IMG/VR virus record: IMGVR_UViG_2548876853_000021
DNA from: a virus
Taxonomy: Duplodnaviria; Heunggongvirae; Uroviricota; Caudoviricetes
Strand: one strand, 5' to 3'
Length of the DNA stretch: 37,364 nucleotides
The position numbers and the translations under genes are program-made. The stretch's first letter is position 1, and each line of letters begins with the position of its first letter. The notes under the pieces were generated by a model, which was not told the DNA's origin, ran no database searches, and saw nothing but the letters and a program-made list of their open reading frames with translations. Positions 1 to 10,144 of this stretch are shown here, piece after piece.

Positions 1-258
1 ATGCAAACCGTTATTTTTGGTCGTTCGGGTTGCCCTTACTGTGTGCGTGCAAAAGATCTGGCTGAGAAATTGAGCAATGAACGCGATGATTTTCAGTATC
101 AGTATGTAGATATTCGTGCGGAAGGGATCACTAAAGAAGATCTACAACAAAAGGCAGGTAAACCCGTAGAAACCGTGCCGCAGATTTTTGTCGATCAGCA
201 ACATATCGGCGGCTATACCGATTTTGCTGCATGGGTGAAAGAAAATCTGGACGCCTGA
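1..258 (+). CDS. grxA: glutaredoxin 1
   Basis: 85-aa ORF with the CPYC dithiol active site (SGCPYCVRAK), full length and typical enterobacterial Grx1 size; starts at window position 1. Confidence 0.95.
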   Translation: MQTVIFGRSGCPYCVRAKDLAEKLSNERDDFQYQYVDIRAEGITKEDLQQKAGKPVETVPQIFVDQQHIGGYTDFAAWVKENLDA

Positions 259-268
259 TCGTCTGACA

Positions 269-300
269 AGCCCTCGCGTTGAGGGCTTTACTGATTTTTT
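269..300. terminator. hairpin between convergent grxA and ybjM, probable bidirectional intrinsic terminator
   Basis: inverted repeat agccctc-gcgtt-gagggct followed by a T-rich run, located between the two stop codons. Confidence 0.5.
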
Positions 301-665
301 CTGTGCTGTGGTTTAAACAAACTACTGATAAATAAGAAACACAGTGCCCCCAGCGCACACCAGAACACCGCGCTTAGTAACCATGCCAGCTCTTGCCAGA
401 ATGAGCGGGTCGGTGAAAAAAACAGCCGCATAATAAGCATTGAACAGGGTGCCGCCAGCATTGCGCCAAATAGAGGTTTCAGGACTTCTCTACGCTGTGA
501 AAAGAAACTGGCAACTGCTCCAGGAAGAATGAAAAACAGCAAGCCGATTTCAGGATACCCGGCAGCCCGAAAAGCGCCTTTCATGTGCGTCGCCAGAAAA
601 AGGCACACCACAATGAAGAGGACAAAACAGCAGATTGCCCCCGCCCAACGTTGTTTATGTTTCAC
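288..665 (-). CDS. ybjM: inner membrane protein YbjM
   Basis: 125-aa very hydrophobic ORF (about 4 predicted TM helices); conserved position between grxA and ybjL. Confidence 0.85.
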   Translation of the reverse strand: MKHKQRWAGAICCFVLFIVVCLFLATHMKGAFRAAGYPEIGLLFFILPGAVASFFSQRREVLKPLFGAMLAAPCSMLIMRLFFSPTRSFWQELAWLLSAVFWCALGALCFLFISSLFKPQHRKNQ

Positions 666-934
666 TCGTTCCTCCTGACACTGCGTCTATCGAACACATT
701 TTTCGCCAGTGTGGCGTTCAGTAAGATAAAGCCGCTTCGCATTCCATGCTAATATAGGCCAACGCAATTCATATAGCCGTTGATACCTAATGTGATTACA
801 CTAGTAAAATATATTGTTACTTTACTATCGTTTAGGTGCGCTGAATGAATCTGCGCCCTGAATTCTGGTAAAAAACATTATCGTAAATTACCATTTCTTT
901 CAACAGCTTACTAGTAAACAAGAAGTTAGCCTCC

Positions 935-2620
935 GTGAATATAAACGTCGCCGAATTGTTAAATGGGAATTACATTCTGTTATTATTTGTGGTCCTCGCG
1001 CTTGGGCTATGTCTCGGAAAGTTACGACTTGGTTCGATCCAACTGGGTAATTCCATTGGCGTTTTGGTCGTATCACTGTTATTAGGCCAACAACATTTCA
1101 GCATTAACACCGACGCGCTTAATCTTGGCTTTATGCTGTTTATTTTCTGCGTCGGGGTCGAAGCCGGACCGAACTTTTTTTCCATTTTTTTTCGCGATGG
1201 GAAAAATTACCTAATGTTAGCACTGGTGATGGTTGGCAGTGCGCTGGTGATCGCCTTAGGGTTAGGTAAGCTGTTTGGCTGGGATATTGGCCTGACGGCC
1301 GGTATGTTAGCAGGCTCTATGACGTCGACACCGGTTCTGGTCGGTGCTGGCGATACACTGCGTCATTCCGGCATGGAAAGCAGGCAGCTCTCACTGGCAC
1401 TGGATAATCTGAGCCTCGGGTATGCCTTAACCTATTTAATCGGTCTGGTGAGTTTGATTGTTGGTGCGCGTTACTTGCCGAAATTGCAGCATCAGGACTT
1501 ACAGACCAGCGCCCAGCAAATCGCCCGCGAACGTGGCCTGGACACTGATGCCAACCGTAAGGTTTATTTACCGGTGATCCGCGCCTATCGCGTCGGCCCG
1601 GAGCTGGTGGCCTGGACCGACGGCAAAAATCTGCGTGAACTGGGTATTTATCGACAAACCGGCTGCTACATTGAACGTATTCGACGTAACGGGATTCTGG
1701 CAAATCCAGACGGTGATGCCGTGCTACAAATGGGCGATGAAATAGCGTTGGTAGGCTATCCCGACGCCCATGCCCGACTCGATCCCAGCTTCCGTAACGG
1801 TAAAGAAGTTTTCGATCGTGACCTTCTCGACATGCGTATCGTCACTGAAGAAGTGGTCGTTAAAAACCATAACGCTGTAGGTAAACGTCTCGCACAACTG
1901 AAGTTGACCGATCACGGTTGCTTCCTTAACCGCGTCATTCGTAGCCAGATTGAGATGCCGATAGATGACAACGTCGTGCTTAACAAAGGTGACGTTTTAC
2001 AAGTCAGCGGTGATGCCCGTCGCGTAAAAACCATCGCCGATCGCATCGGCTTTATCTCGATTCACAGCCAGGTCACTGACCTGCTGGCATTTTGCGCCTT
2101 CTTTGTTATTGGGCTGATGATCGGGATGATCACCTTCCAGTTCAGCACATTCAGTTTCGGCATGGGGAACGCTGCCGGGTTGTTATTCGCCGGAATTATG
2201 CTGGGCTTTATGCGTGCTAACCACCCGACCTTCGGTTACATTCCGCAAGGTGCATTAAGCATGGTGAAAGAGTTCGGCTTGATGGTGTTTATGGCAGGCG
2301 TTGGTCTGAGCGCCGGTAGCGGTATTAATAACGGCCTGGGCGCGATTGGCGGTCAGATGTTGATTGCCGGATTAATTGTCAGTCTTGTGCCCGTGGTTAT
2401 CTGTTTCTTGTTCGGTGCTTATGTATTGCGAATGAACCGCGCACTGTTGTTCGGCGCAATGATGGGCGCACGCACCTGCGCGCCGGCAATGGAGATCATC
2501 AGTGATACAGCTCGCAGTAACATCCCTGCGCTGGGCTATGCGGGCACCTACGCAATCGCCAACGTCCTGCTGACGCTGGCAGGGACAATCATCGTCATGG
2601 TATGGCCAGGATTAGGATAA
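935..2620 (+). CDS. ybjL: putative AAE-family transporter YbjL
   Basis: 561-aa ORF with N- and C-terminal membrane domains flanking a soluble central region, as in YbjL/YidE-type transporters. Confidence 0.9.
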
Positions 2621-2732
2621 AACTGAAGTTGCCCTGAAAATGAAATTTTTTTGCACAACCGCAGAACTTTTCCGCAGGGCATCAGTCTTAATTAGTGCCA
2701 CTGCTTTTCTTTGATGTCCCCATTTTGTGGAG

Positions 2733-2776
2733 CCCATCAACCCCGCCATTTCGGTTCAAGGTTGATGGGTTTTTTG
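2733..2776 (+). terminator. intrinsic terminator downstream of ybjL
   Basis: stem cccatcaacc / ggttgatggg followed by TTTTTT. Confidence 0.5.
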
Positions 2777-2855
2777 TTGCCTGAAATTTAAGCTGTTTAA
2801 AATCATGATGTTAGAAACACTGTTTTTTAACGATGGCGACAAAATGGCGGCAGCG

Positions 2856-3074
2856 TCAAAGAGAGAGCGCCACCTGTCCTGATTTCATTGGATGTGGCTG
2901 AACCGGATTTGACTCTTTTGGCGTTGCAATCGAACGAACAAAAGTTTCATGGGTAACAAAAGTATGGCTGCAGTTAATGTTCTGGCACTGGTTGTAACGC
3001 TCTTTGGTCAATGAAGATACCTGAAAACTGCTGCGAGTATGGGCGGCACTTCCACACAGTGGGCAAATCATCAT
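2856..3074 (-). CDS. ogr: late gene transcriptional activator Ogr (zinc finger)
   Basis: 72 aa from an internal ATG with a GGGGAGA Shine-Dalgarno; CPLC...CQNxNC zinc-finger pattern as in P2 Ogr / 186 B; the longer ORF-track start looks like a spurious extension. Confidence 0.85.
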   Translation of the reverse strand: MMICPLCGSAAHTRSSFQVSSLTKERYNQCQNINCSHTFVTHETFVRSIATPKESNPVQPHPMKSGQVALSL

Positions 3075-3164
3075 TTTTCGAGTTCTCCCCATTTTTGCTA
3101 AATTCACAATAATGATACCGCATTATTCCATTTTGCAAACTTAAAAGTTCTCCATTGCGAAGAA

Positions 3165-4265
3165 TCATTCCATTTCGAAATCATCAATCCTCACTTCAAG
3201 CTCCAGACTGGTTGTAAAACCGTTATCTGGGCTGACGGTATGCGTCAGAGTCGTAATGGTCCATTCCGCATCATCTATCGGCTGTTTAAAACCACTGACC
3301 TTCACAGGCATTTCCGTGTAGAGATCTGCCCGCCCTTCTGCCAGTTGTAGCGAAAATGACGCAACGCCGCGTTGCAGGCGTTCCCACTGCATTTTCGCCG
3401 CTCGTTCGGCGTTGCTCCGGTTGGCATAAGTGCGATTAAGTACCAGCACGTTTTCATCCGTACCCACCAGGTAATCGCCCTGCTTCGCTTCTGGCTCTTT
3501 CTTCTGCTTCTTAGTTCTGCGCTTACGCTTCACCGTGGTGCTTTCTTTCTTCGCAGGTTCGCGGGTATGCAACCAGCTGGCAATTACGCCCGTGTAGGCT
3601 CCGCGATCTGCCAGGGTAAATCGGTGACTGTCGCCGTCCTTGCGTGTGATAGTGATCACTGGCAGAGGTTTACCAGTGGCGCTTTTGCCCTGCCCCTGCC
3701 GGATGAATAACAGATTGCCATTTTTCACCGACGCGATGGCACCGTACTGTCGCGCCAGCCGCATCAGAAAACTGCCGTCACTCTCATTAGTCTGGTCTAT
3801 ATGCTCCACTGGCTTATCCGACAGGTCTTTACCCAGTGCCATCTTCAGCTTGTGCCGCGCGGCTATTTCCTTCACCACTTCCCCGACGGTGGTCTTATGC
3901 CACGATTTTTCACGGCGGGTATTCAGCGTTTCCCGAAAATCAGCACTTCGCGCCCGGATAGTCAGGCGGTCCGGTGCGCCAGTGTGTTCAATCTCGTCCA
4001 CCGTGAATGCCCCTTTCGGGAAAAGCGGCTGCCCCTTCCAGCCCAGCGCCAGCGTAATGACCGCACCACGGCGCGGCAGCACGATTTTTCCATCGGCGTC
4101 GTCCAGCTCCAGATCAAGCTGGTCCGCTTCAAAGCCCCGGTTATCCGTCAGCGTAAGCCCCATCAGGCGGTTGTCCAGCACAGTAGTGATATCCCTGCCT
4201 TCAATACTGATGCTGAATGCCGGAGTTTTGTTGCCTTTGTTAAGCAGTTCAGAGCTGAAATTCAC
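3165..4265 (-). CDS. D: tail protein D (late control gene D)
   Basis: 366 aa; position and size match P2 gpD, directly upstream of ogr. Confidence 0.85.
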   Translation of the reverse strand: MNFSSELLNKGNKTPAFSISIEGRDITTVLDNRLMGLTLTDNRGFEADQLDLELDDADGKIVLPRRGAVITLALGWKGQPLFPKGAFTVDEIEHTGAPDRLTIRARSADFRETLNTRREKSWHKTTVGEVVKEIAARHKLKMALGKDLSDKPVEHIDQTNESDGSFLMRLARQYGAIASVKNGNLLFIRQGQGKSATGKPLPVITITRKDGDSHRFTLADRGAYTGVIASWLHTREPAKKESTTVKRKRRTKKQKKEPEAKQGDYLVGTDENVLVLNRTYANRSNAERAAKMQWERLQRGVASFSLQLAEGRADLYTEMPVKVSGFKQPIDDAEWTITTLTHTVSPDNGFTTSLELEVRIDDFEME

Positions 4266-4747
4266 GACAGCAGCCCTCCCACCGTTTTACTGATATCGCT
4301 TAAGGCAGACGTTGCCGTATCCTGCAAATTATTCAGCTGCGCACTGAGATCACCGAACATATCGGACAGGGATTCATCCACTCGTTTGAGCGACAGGGTG
4401 AACTCAATCCGGCGCGGCATACCGTCGCGGAAAAACTCCGTTTTAGTCTGATTCAGTCCCTCAATCACATACATGCCGTAAATCGTGCCGCTGCCTTCAA
4501 TCAGGGGCCATGCTTTCCCCTGTTCTGCCATCTGCTCCAGTGCCAGCAACGACAGCCTGCCGCCTGTTATTTCCGGCATAAGAACACCGGAAAGCGTCAG
4601 CATGTCGTTTTCCGGTCCCAGAAACTGCGTGGACGGACGTCGGTTTACCCGACTGTTTGCCGCATGTCGCCAGCTGCGTTGATACTGCAGTTCCTGATAC
4701 GGAACGGTGCGCAGCATAAACACGTACAATCCCAGCACCATCATCAT
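4262..4747 (-). CDS. U: tail protein U
   Basis: 161 aa; P2 gpU position and size; overlaps neighbouring genes by 4 nt. Confidence 0.8.
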   Translation of the reverse strand: MMMVLGLYVFMLRTVPYQELQYQRSWRHAANSRVNRRPSTQFLGPENDMLTLSGVLMPEITGGRLSLLALEQMAEQGKAWPLIEGSGTIYGMYVIEGLNQTKTEFFRDGMPRRIEFTLSLKRVDESLSDMFGDLSAQLNNLQDTATSALSDISKTVGGLLS

Positions 4748-7700
4748 GCGTCGTATCCCCCCTGATCGCTGTAGTTACTCCTGGCTTTTGCCTTCAGCCT
4801 GCGTTCACGTTCATCAAGCTGGCGTGCCACCTCCCGCGCAATATCCTGCGCACTTTGTCCTGGCTGCGTCTGAATGATGATCTGCGTCGGTGCCTCAATC
4901 CGTTGAACGAGCGGCACAGTGGCTGCGCGACTCACAATTGCTTCTCCACCTTTCGCGGGAAGTGCCAAAGGGTGCAACGGTGGAAGCTCTGCTGGCGCGG
5001 CAGCAACGCCCATCATTCCGGCAACAACGGCAGCCAGTGCAGCTGTATTTCTCCGGCTGGTCACATTTGCCGGGCCGTTAACAATTTCCGGCCCGTTTTC
5101 ACCGACGATGCCAAACTGCCCGCGCGGGATATACCCGCCGCTGTCATACATCCCCGCAAAGCCATATCCCCATGATGGAAAACCACCCGATGGCATCATC
5201 ACTTTACCGTCTGCATTCACCGTCGCAGGTTGCTGACGCGTCACGCTTTCCGGCAGTTTTGCCTTTGCGGCCTCTTTACTGACAATGCCGAGCTTCTCCA
5301 GCAACCAGGAAACGCCGGATTTCAGGGAGTCCAGCGGATGCATGACCATATTCAGCCCTTCCGCCAGTGCCTCCCCGAATCGCCGCCCCATTGCCGCTGC
5401 GCTCTGCAGTTCGGCAGAGGTCGACTTAACGGGCGTCAGCAGATCAGTAAACCAGCCCCACAGCGCCTGCACTTTGTCGCCAATCCACTGGAACACGGGC
5501 TTAAGCGGTTCGAACGCTGCACTGATGGGACCTGCCGCCGCTTTGAATCCTTCCACCACGCCACCGAGAAATGCGGTGATGGGTTGCCAGTATTTCCAGA
5601 CAACCAGCGCCACGCCCGCCAGTGCAGTAACCACAAGACCTATCGGACTGAGCAGAGCACCTAACAGACCAGATATGGCATACAGGGCAACGCGCAGCAT
5701 CGCCAGTGGACCAGATGCCAGTACTCGCAGCACCGTGCCTGCGGCGGCCAGTCCACCGCGCAGTACCGCCAGAGGATTCATAAACATCACAGCAACAGCA
5801 CGTAAACCGGATAATCCAGACCGCAAAAGTGCAACCGGCGCACCTGCTACAGTTTTCAGGACATTTCCCGTCAGTGATGCCGTGCGGCGCAAAGACGACA
5901 ACGGCGCAGTAAGTAAACCTGCGGCGTTGCCCGATGAAGCAAGCCCGCGTCGCAGCAGTGCCAGTGGTGCGCCAGCCAGCCAGGACAACGCGCTGCTGGT
6001 TCGAGTTACTGCTGCCGTAACGGAAGATAACGTTTTGATACCCAACACAGAGAATCCCAGACGGATCACTGCCAGCGGCCCCAGCACTGCAGCCAGCGCC
6101 ACCGCTAAGGTGCCGAGGCCGACGGTAACCGCAGCCACAACAGCCGATGCTTTCATCAGTGTGCCTGTCAGTTCCGGGTTAGCTTCCACCCAGCGACGCA
6201 ACGCCCCCGTGACGCTTTTCACCGTGTACAGAATATCCATCAGCGGCTGGCGCAGCGTTTCGCCCAGGCTGCTGAAGGTGTTCTGCGCTCCGGTTTTGAC
6301 CAGCAACCACTGCGCAGAAAGTGAATCCTTGTTAATGTCGGATTCTTTCTGCATGGAGCCAAGCGCATCATTGCCCGCTGTCAGTTTTAACTGACGCTGC
6401 AGTTCCGGCAGGTTGTTTGCCAGTTTCGCCGCGTCATCGCCAAACTCTTTACCAAACAACATAGTCATGGCAGACAGGCGCTTGTCCTGCGGCAGCGCGT
6501 TTACCTTCTCCAGCACGCGCTGGATGGTTCCCATCGCATCCTTCGTCATCTGCTTTTCAATCACTTCAGGATTGAGTTTCAGCAGATTCATCCCTTCAAA
6601 GAAACTCTTGCTTTGCATGGTGGCAATGGACAATTCACGCACCATCGCGTTTGCTGCACTGGCTGCAACCTCTGGCGCAGCGCCCAGTGTCAGGAAGGTG
6701 GAACCCAGCGCCGCCGCTTTACGATAATCCAGACGGTCAGCCACACCGCCCAGACGTTGCATCACATCAATGATGTCTGCCCCTTTCGACATGGCATTAT
6801 CATCCAGATAGTTCAGCGCATCACCGAGCTGTTCAATATTGCGGGTGGGGATTTTGTAGAGCTGGGCGATTTTCCCCAGACTTTCTGACAGTTCATCCGC
6901 TGGCAGCTCAAAGGCTGTTGCCGCCTTTGCTGCCGTACTGGCGAAGGCCAGCAGGTCACGTTTCTGATCTTCCCAGCTGTCGTCAGGGTTTGCGACGTTC
7001 ATGCGCGCACCACCTTCAACCAGTGCAGCGAAGTCCACCGCACCGTTTTCCATCGGCAACTGTTCGCTGGCAGCCTTGATGGCATCCTGCATTTCATAAA
7101 AACGTGCAGTGCGGTTGCCATTATCGTCACGCAGACCATTGACCTGCTTTGCCACACCTTTCATGGCATCTTCCATGCTGGTATAGCTTTTTACTGCCGC
7201 CATCACTGGCGCACCCATTGCCAGCCCTGCAGCCGTGGTGGTGGCTCCGGCACCTGCAATACGATCACGCACCTCCAGCGAACGGGCATAACTGGCACGC
7301 GCTGCATTCATCCTGCGCTTAGCTTCCCCCAGTCGCTTCAGCCGCGCCTCCTGTTTCGAAAGTTCCTGGTTATAACGTGATGTTTCACGGGCTAAACGGG
7401 CAGTTGCTCCCGCATCGTCTTTCGCAGAAATTCCCGCCCGGTACAGTTCAGCACGCACAAGCGCCGTCTGCTGCTGCAGCTTTTTCTGGCGTTCTTCCAG
7501 GCGCTGAACAGCCAGCCGTTGACGGCCCAGAGCAACAACCTGACGTTGCGAAGGCGGCCCCATCGCTCCCAGTTCCTGACTGAGCAAATTTGCACGCTGG
7601 CGGGCATAGTTCAGCCTGTCGCCTAATTTCTGATTTTCTGCCTGCAGCTTTCGGAAGCTGTCCAGACTGCTCCCGGCCTGATCAAGCTGCTTTATTGCAT

Positions 7701-7821
7701 CGCGGGATTTTTTGACAGCAGCAGCCAGTTCTCTTGAACTGGCCTGCGCAGATCGAAATGGGCGGGTGAGCTTGTCAACCGCATTAAGAATGACCTGCAG
7801 ACGCAGGTTGTTATCACTCAT
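4744..7821 (-). CDS. T: tail tape measure protein
   Basis: 1025 aa; coiled-coil N-terminal part, hydrophobic PLxxLRxGL repeats in the middle, Gly-rich C-terminus; follows E/E'. Confidence 0.9.
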   Translation of the reverse strand: MSDNNLRLQVILNAVDKLTRPFRSAQASSRELAAAVKKSRDAIKQLDQAGSSLDSFRKLQAENQKLGDRLNYARQRANLLSQELGAMGPPSQRQVVALGRQRLAVQRLEERQKKLQQQTALVRAELYRAGISAKDDAGATARLARETSRYNQELSKQEARLKRLGEAKRRMNAARASYARSLEVRDRIAGAGATTTAAGLAMGAPVMAAVKSYTSMEDAMKGVAKQVNGLRDDNGNRTARFYEMQDAIKAASEQLPMENGAVDFAALVEGGARMNVANPDDSWEDQKRDLLAFASTAAKAATAFELPADELSESLGKIAQLYKIPTRNIEQLGDALNYLDDNAMSKGADIIDVMQRLGGVADRLDYRKAAALGSTFLTLGAAPEVAASAANAMVRELSIATMQSKSFFEGMNLLKLNPEVIEKQMTKDAMGTIQRVLEKVNALPQDKRLSAMTMLFGKEFGDDAAKLANNLPELQRQLKLTAGNDALGSMQKESDINKDSLSAQWLLVKTGAQNTFSSLGETLRQPLMDILYTVKSVTGALRRWVEANPELTGTLMKASAVVAAVTVGLGTLAVALAAVLGPLAVIRLGFSVLGIKTLSSVTAAVTRTSSALSWLAGAPLALLRRGLASSGNAAGLLTAPLSSLRRTASLTGNVLKTVAGAPVALLRSGLSGLRAVAVMFMNPLAVLRGGLAAAGTVLRVLASGPLAMLRVALYAISGLLGALLSPIGLVVTALAGVALVVWKYWQPITAFLGGVVEGFKAAAGPISAAFEPLKPVFQWIGDKVQALWGWFTDLLTPVKSTSAELQSAAAMGRRFGEALAEGLNMVMHPLDSLKSGVSWLLEKLGIVSKEAAKAKLPESVTRQQPATVNADGKVMMPSGGFPSWGYGFAGMYDSGGYIPRGQFGIVGENGPEIVNGPANVTSRRNTAALAAVVAGMMGVAAAPAELPPLHPLALPAKGGEAIVSRAATVPLVQRIEAPTQIIIQTQPGQSAQDIAREVARQLDERERRLKAKARSNYSDQGGYDA

Positions 7822-8250
7822 CGTTGGCCCCGCTTCTCTGAATCGCTTTATACCGCCATTCCAGCACTTCGGTCAGCGGCATAACGTCAGTAACGGATGG
7901 CGGCCAGTGAAAAATGGTGGCGATATCTGCCACCAGATCGTCAACCGTCAGGCTGTCGATAAACCGGCAAGCACCGACTTCTTCAACAAAAAAGTGACAA
8001 CCTCAACCGACATGGCAGTGAGATCTGCCGGGTCCATCTCTGCAATTTCCTGTGCAGTCAGTGCCGGACTGGAGATGCGGGGGATCACGGTCATCATCGC
8101 GTTTACATCCATATCCATAATGGCCTGCAGGCGTGTACCGCGCAGCGCACCGGACTGCGGTTTACGCAGCACAATTTCGGTGATTTCTGTTTTACCGCGC
8201 TTGATGGGGGTATCCAGTTGAATGGTCTTTTCAGTCTGCTTATCGCTCAT
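7814..8250 (-). CDS. E': tail assembly chaperone E+E' (programmed -1 frameshift product)
   Basis: -1 frame downstream of the T_TTT_TTG site stays open for about 57 codons and stops at TGA overlapping the T start (ATGAGTGA). Confidence 0.65.
7948..8250 (-). CDS. E: tail assembly chaperone E
   Basis: 100-aa ORF ending just after a TTTTTTG slippery heptamer. Confidence 0.85.
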   Translation of the reverse strand: MSDKQTEKTIQLDTPIKRGKTEITEIVLRKPQSGALRGTRLQAIMDMDVNAMMTVIPRISSPALTAQEIAEMDPADLTAMSVEVVTFLLKKSVLAGLSTA

Positions 8251-8304
8251 TTTGCTGTCCTGTCAATTGGGTTCTGGCGCGGTATCCCGCGCCGTTCAGA
8301 TATA

Positions 8305-8820
8305 TCAGAGGCCGAGGGCGTTGCGGTGCGCTTCCATCAGGTCCACACCGTCCACAATTTCCACCATGTTGATAAGGTCCACTTCATAGAGCACCTCACC
8401 ATTGATGGTCAGCTTCGCGTAGCTGTTGGTACTGGTCACTTTGGTGGTGTTGCTTTCGCCCGTCTTCCACTCGCCGGAATCCACTTCTTTGTGACGTCCA
8501 CGCACGACAAGCTCCACGGCCTGCACTTCCCCGGTATCGTCACGCTGAATAGAGCCGGTAAAGCGCAGCTGGATGCCATCCACCGTGGCTTTACCCATCT
8601 GTTTAAACAGCAGCAATTCAGTACCACCAATGGAAAATTCTGTGTCCAGCGCACTGTCATCAAGCCCCAGATCCACATCCACCGCACCCGGCATTCCGCC
8701 GCCGCGATACTTCTCATATTTGCGGGTAAATTTCGGCAGCGTCAGCGACTCAACGATCCCCTGCCAGTTGTTCCCGTCGTTAAACAGGTTCAGGTGTTTT
8801 AATTTGCGTGGTAAAGCCAT
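8305..8820 (-). CDS. FII: tail tube protein FII
   Basis: 171 aa; P2 gpFII size and position. Confidence 0.85.
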   Translation of the reverse strand: MALPRKLKHLNLFNDGNNWQGIVESLTLPKFTRKYEKYRGGGMPGAVDVDLGLDDSALDTEFSIGGTELLLFKQMGKATVDGIQLRFTGSIQRDDTGEVQAVELVVRGRHKEVDSGEWKTGESNTTKVTSTNSYAKLTINGEVLYEVDLINMVEIVDGVDLMEAHRNALGL

Positions 8821-8829
8821 GTTGTCCCC

Positions 8830-10002
8830 TTACGCGCTGACCTGGCTGGCGAAATTCACCAGGTACTGATCGGTGATGCGCTGACGCAGCATCAGGTTTT
8901 CAAGTGGCGGCACTGGCGTGTAGTCGTAGTCGATGGTGAGTTTTCCGGCTTTCAGCGTGTCTTTGTCGTTCACCGACTCATCCAGCCAGCAATCACCACC
9001 AATGAGATAGCCCTGACTGACCAGGCTGCGCATTTTGGCGCGGATACCCTCGATAATGTCGCGCGCCAGCGACGGGTTAAGCGGTTTATCCACCGCCCAC
9101 ATGTGTGCTTCTGCCATCGTGTCCATCAGCACCTGCGCCGTGCGGGTGTAGTTTTCGAAGGCAAAAAGCGGGTCATCACTCAGGCAGCGGGAACCCCAGA
9201 AGCGGAAACCGTCTTTACGCACAAGCGTGGTGACGTCGTTCTGGTTCAGCAGACCTGCATCGGTTGCCGGGTCCTGCAGATCCCAGAACACATCTGCAGA
9301 AATTCCGGTGACACCGTTCACGCCCACGTTGGACAGGCTTTTGTGCCATCCGGTCTGCTCGTCAATTTTGGCGCGCAGACCAAGCGCACGGGCGGTAGCA
9401 TATGCCGTTGCTTCGGCATTCAGCACCGTGTCCCAGCCAGTAAAGTCAGGCCAGATCAGCATCCCTTCGCGCTGGCTGAAGTTTTCGCGGTAAGTGATCG
9501 CCTCCTGCACTGTCTTGCAGCCATACGCTGACAGGTAAGCAAATCCACGCAGGCTTTGCGCCACGCTCAGCAACTCAGTAGCTACCGCCTTGGTGTCGTG
9601 GCCTGGCACGCCAAGAATGCGCGGTTTAACGCCGAGCAGTGACTGGGCAGATAACAGGGCTTTCATACCTGTTTTTTTACCTTCAGCAGTCACTGCGCCG
9701 ATGATATTGGTCGTGGTTTCGTCTTCCGTTTCACCCTGCGGCACACGCACAACAATGGTCACGGGTTTTGCCTGGTCAGCGATGGCATCCAGCGAACGGG
9801 CCAGAGTACCTGACTCACCCGCTTTACCGCTGGCAGTCAGCACATCAGTGATCAGCACGGGTTTATTAAGAGGAAACATTTTTGCATCGGCATCATCGCC
9901 CGTGCAGACCATACCCACGATGGCGGTGCTCACCGTGGTAATAGATCGGGTGCCTTCGTTGACTTCAACAACGCGCACCCCGTGGTGGTAATCCTGAGCC
10001 AT
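8830..10002 (-). CDS. FI: tail sheath protein FI
   Basis: 390 aa; P2 gpFI size and position; AGGAGG Shine-Dalgarno. Confidence 0.9.
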   Translation of the reverse strand: MAQDYHHGVRVVEVNEGTRSITTVSTAIVGMVCTGDDADAKMFPLNKPVLITDVLTASGKAGESGTLARSLDAIADQAKPVTIVVRVPQGETEDETTTNIIGAVTAEGKKTGMKALLSAQSLLGVKPRILGVPGHDTKAVATELLSVAQSLRGFAYLSAYGCKTVQEAITYRENFSQREGMLIWPDFTGWDTVLNAEATAYATARALGLRAKIDEQTGWHKSLSNVGVNGVTGISADVFWDLQDPATDAGLLNQNDVTTLVRKDGFRFWGSRCLSDDPLFAFENYTRTAQVLMDTMAEAHMWAVDKPLNPSLARDIIEGIRAKMRSLVSQGYLIGGDCWLDESVNDKDTLKAGKLTIDYDYTPVPPLENLMLRQRITDQYLVNFASQVSA

Positions 10003-10078
10003 AGTGGCGAACCTCCTGATTGGATTAGGCTTCGCCCTATGTTGAAGTGATTGTGCCTGACAAACAGCTAAGCGCAGT

Positions 10079-10096
10079 TGTGTCGTTATTCACACA
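10079..10096 (-). promoter_or_regulatory. putative Ogr-dependent late promoter element upstream of FI (TGT-N12-ACA)
   Basis: TGTgtcgttattcacACA centred about 85 bp upstream of the FI start codon. Confidence 0.45.
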
Positions 10097-10144
10097 AAAT
10101 AACGGTATTTGTCTGCTTGCAGGGATAATCAACATAATGCTGAT

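Noticed and set aside
2621-2855. tRNA or tmRNA gene as the integration target
   Set aside because: No cloverleaf-compatible sequence or conserved T-loop (GTTCRANYC) was seen; integration appears to be intergenic downstream of ybjL.
3107-3168. Longer Ogr N-terminus (83-aa ORF from 3107) and the overlapping 64-aa ORF 2974-3168
   Set aside because: The 72-aa form from the internal ATG has a strong Shine-Dalgarno and matches the known Ogr length; the extension and the overlapping frame are spurious.
5285-6394. 369-aa plus-strand ORF, along with many other long ORFs antisense to T, H, J, P and N (for example 14436-15323 and 22662-23756)
   Set aside because: They lie entirely antisense to well-supported, syntenic phage structural genes, have Ala/Arg/Ser/Pro-rich low-complexity translations typical of antisense frames in GC-rich DNA, and lack ribosome-binding sites.
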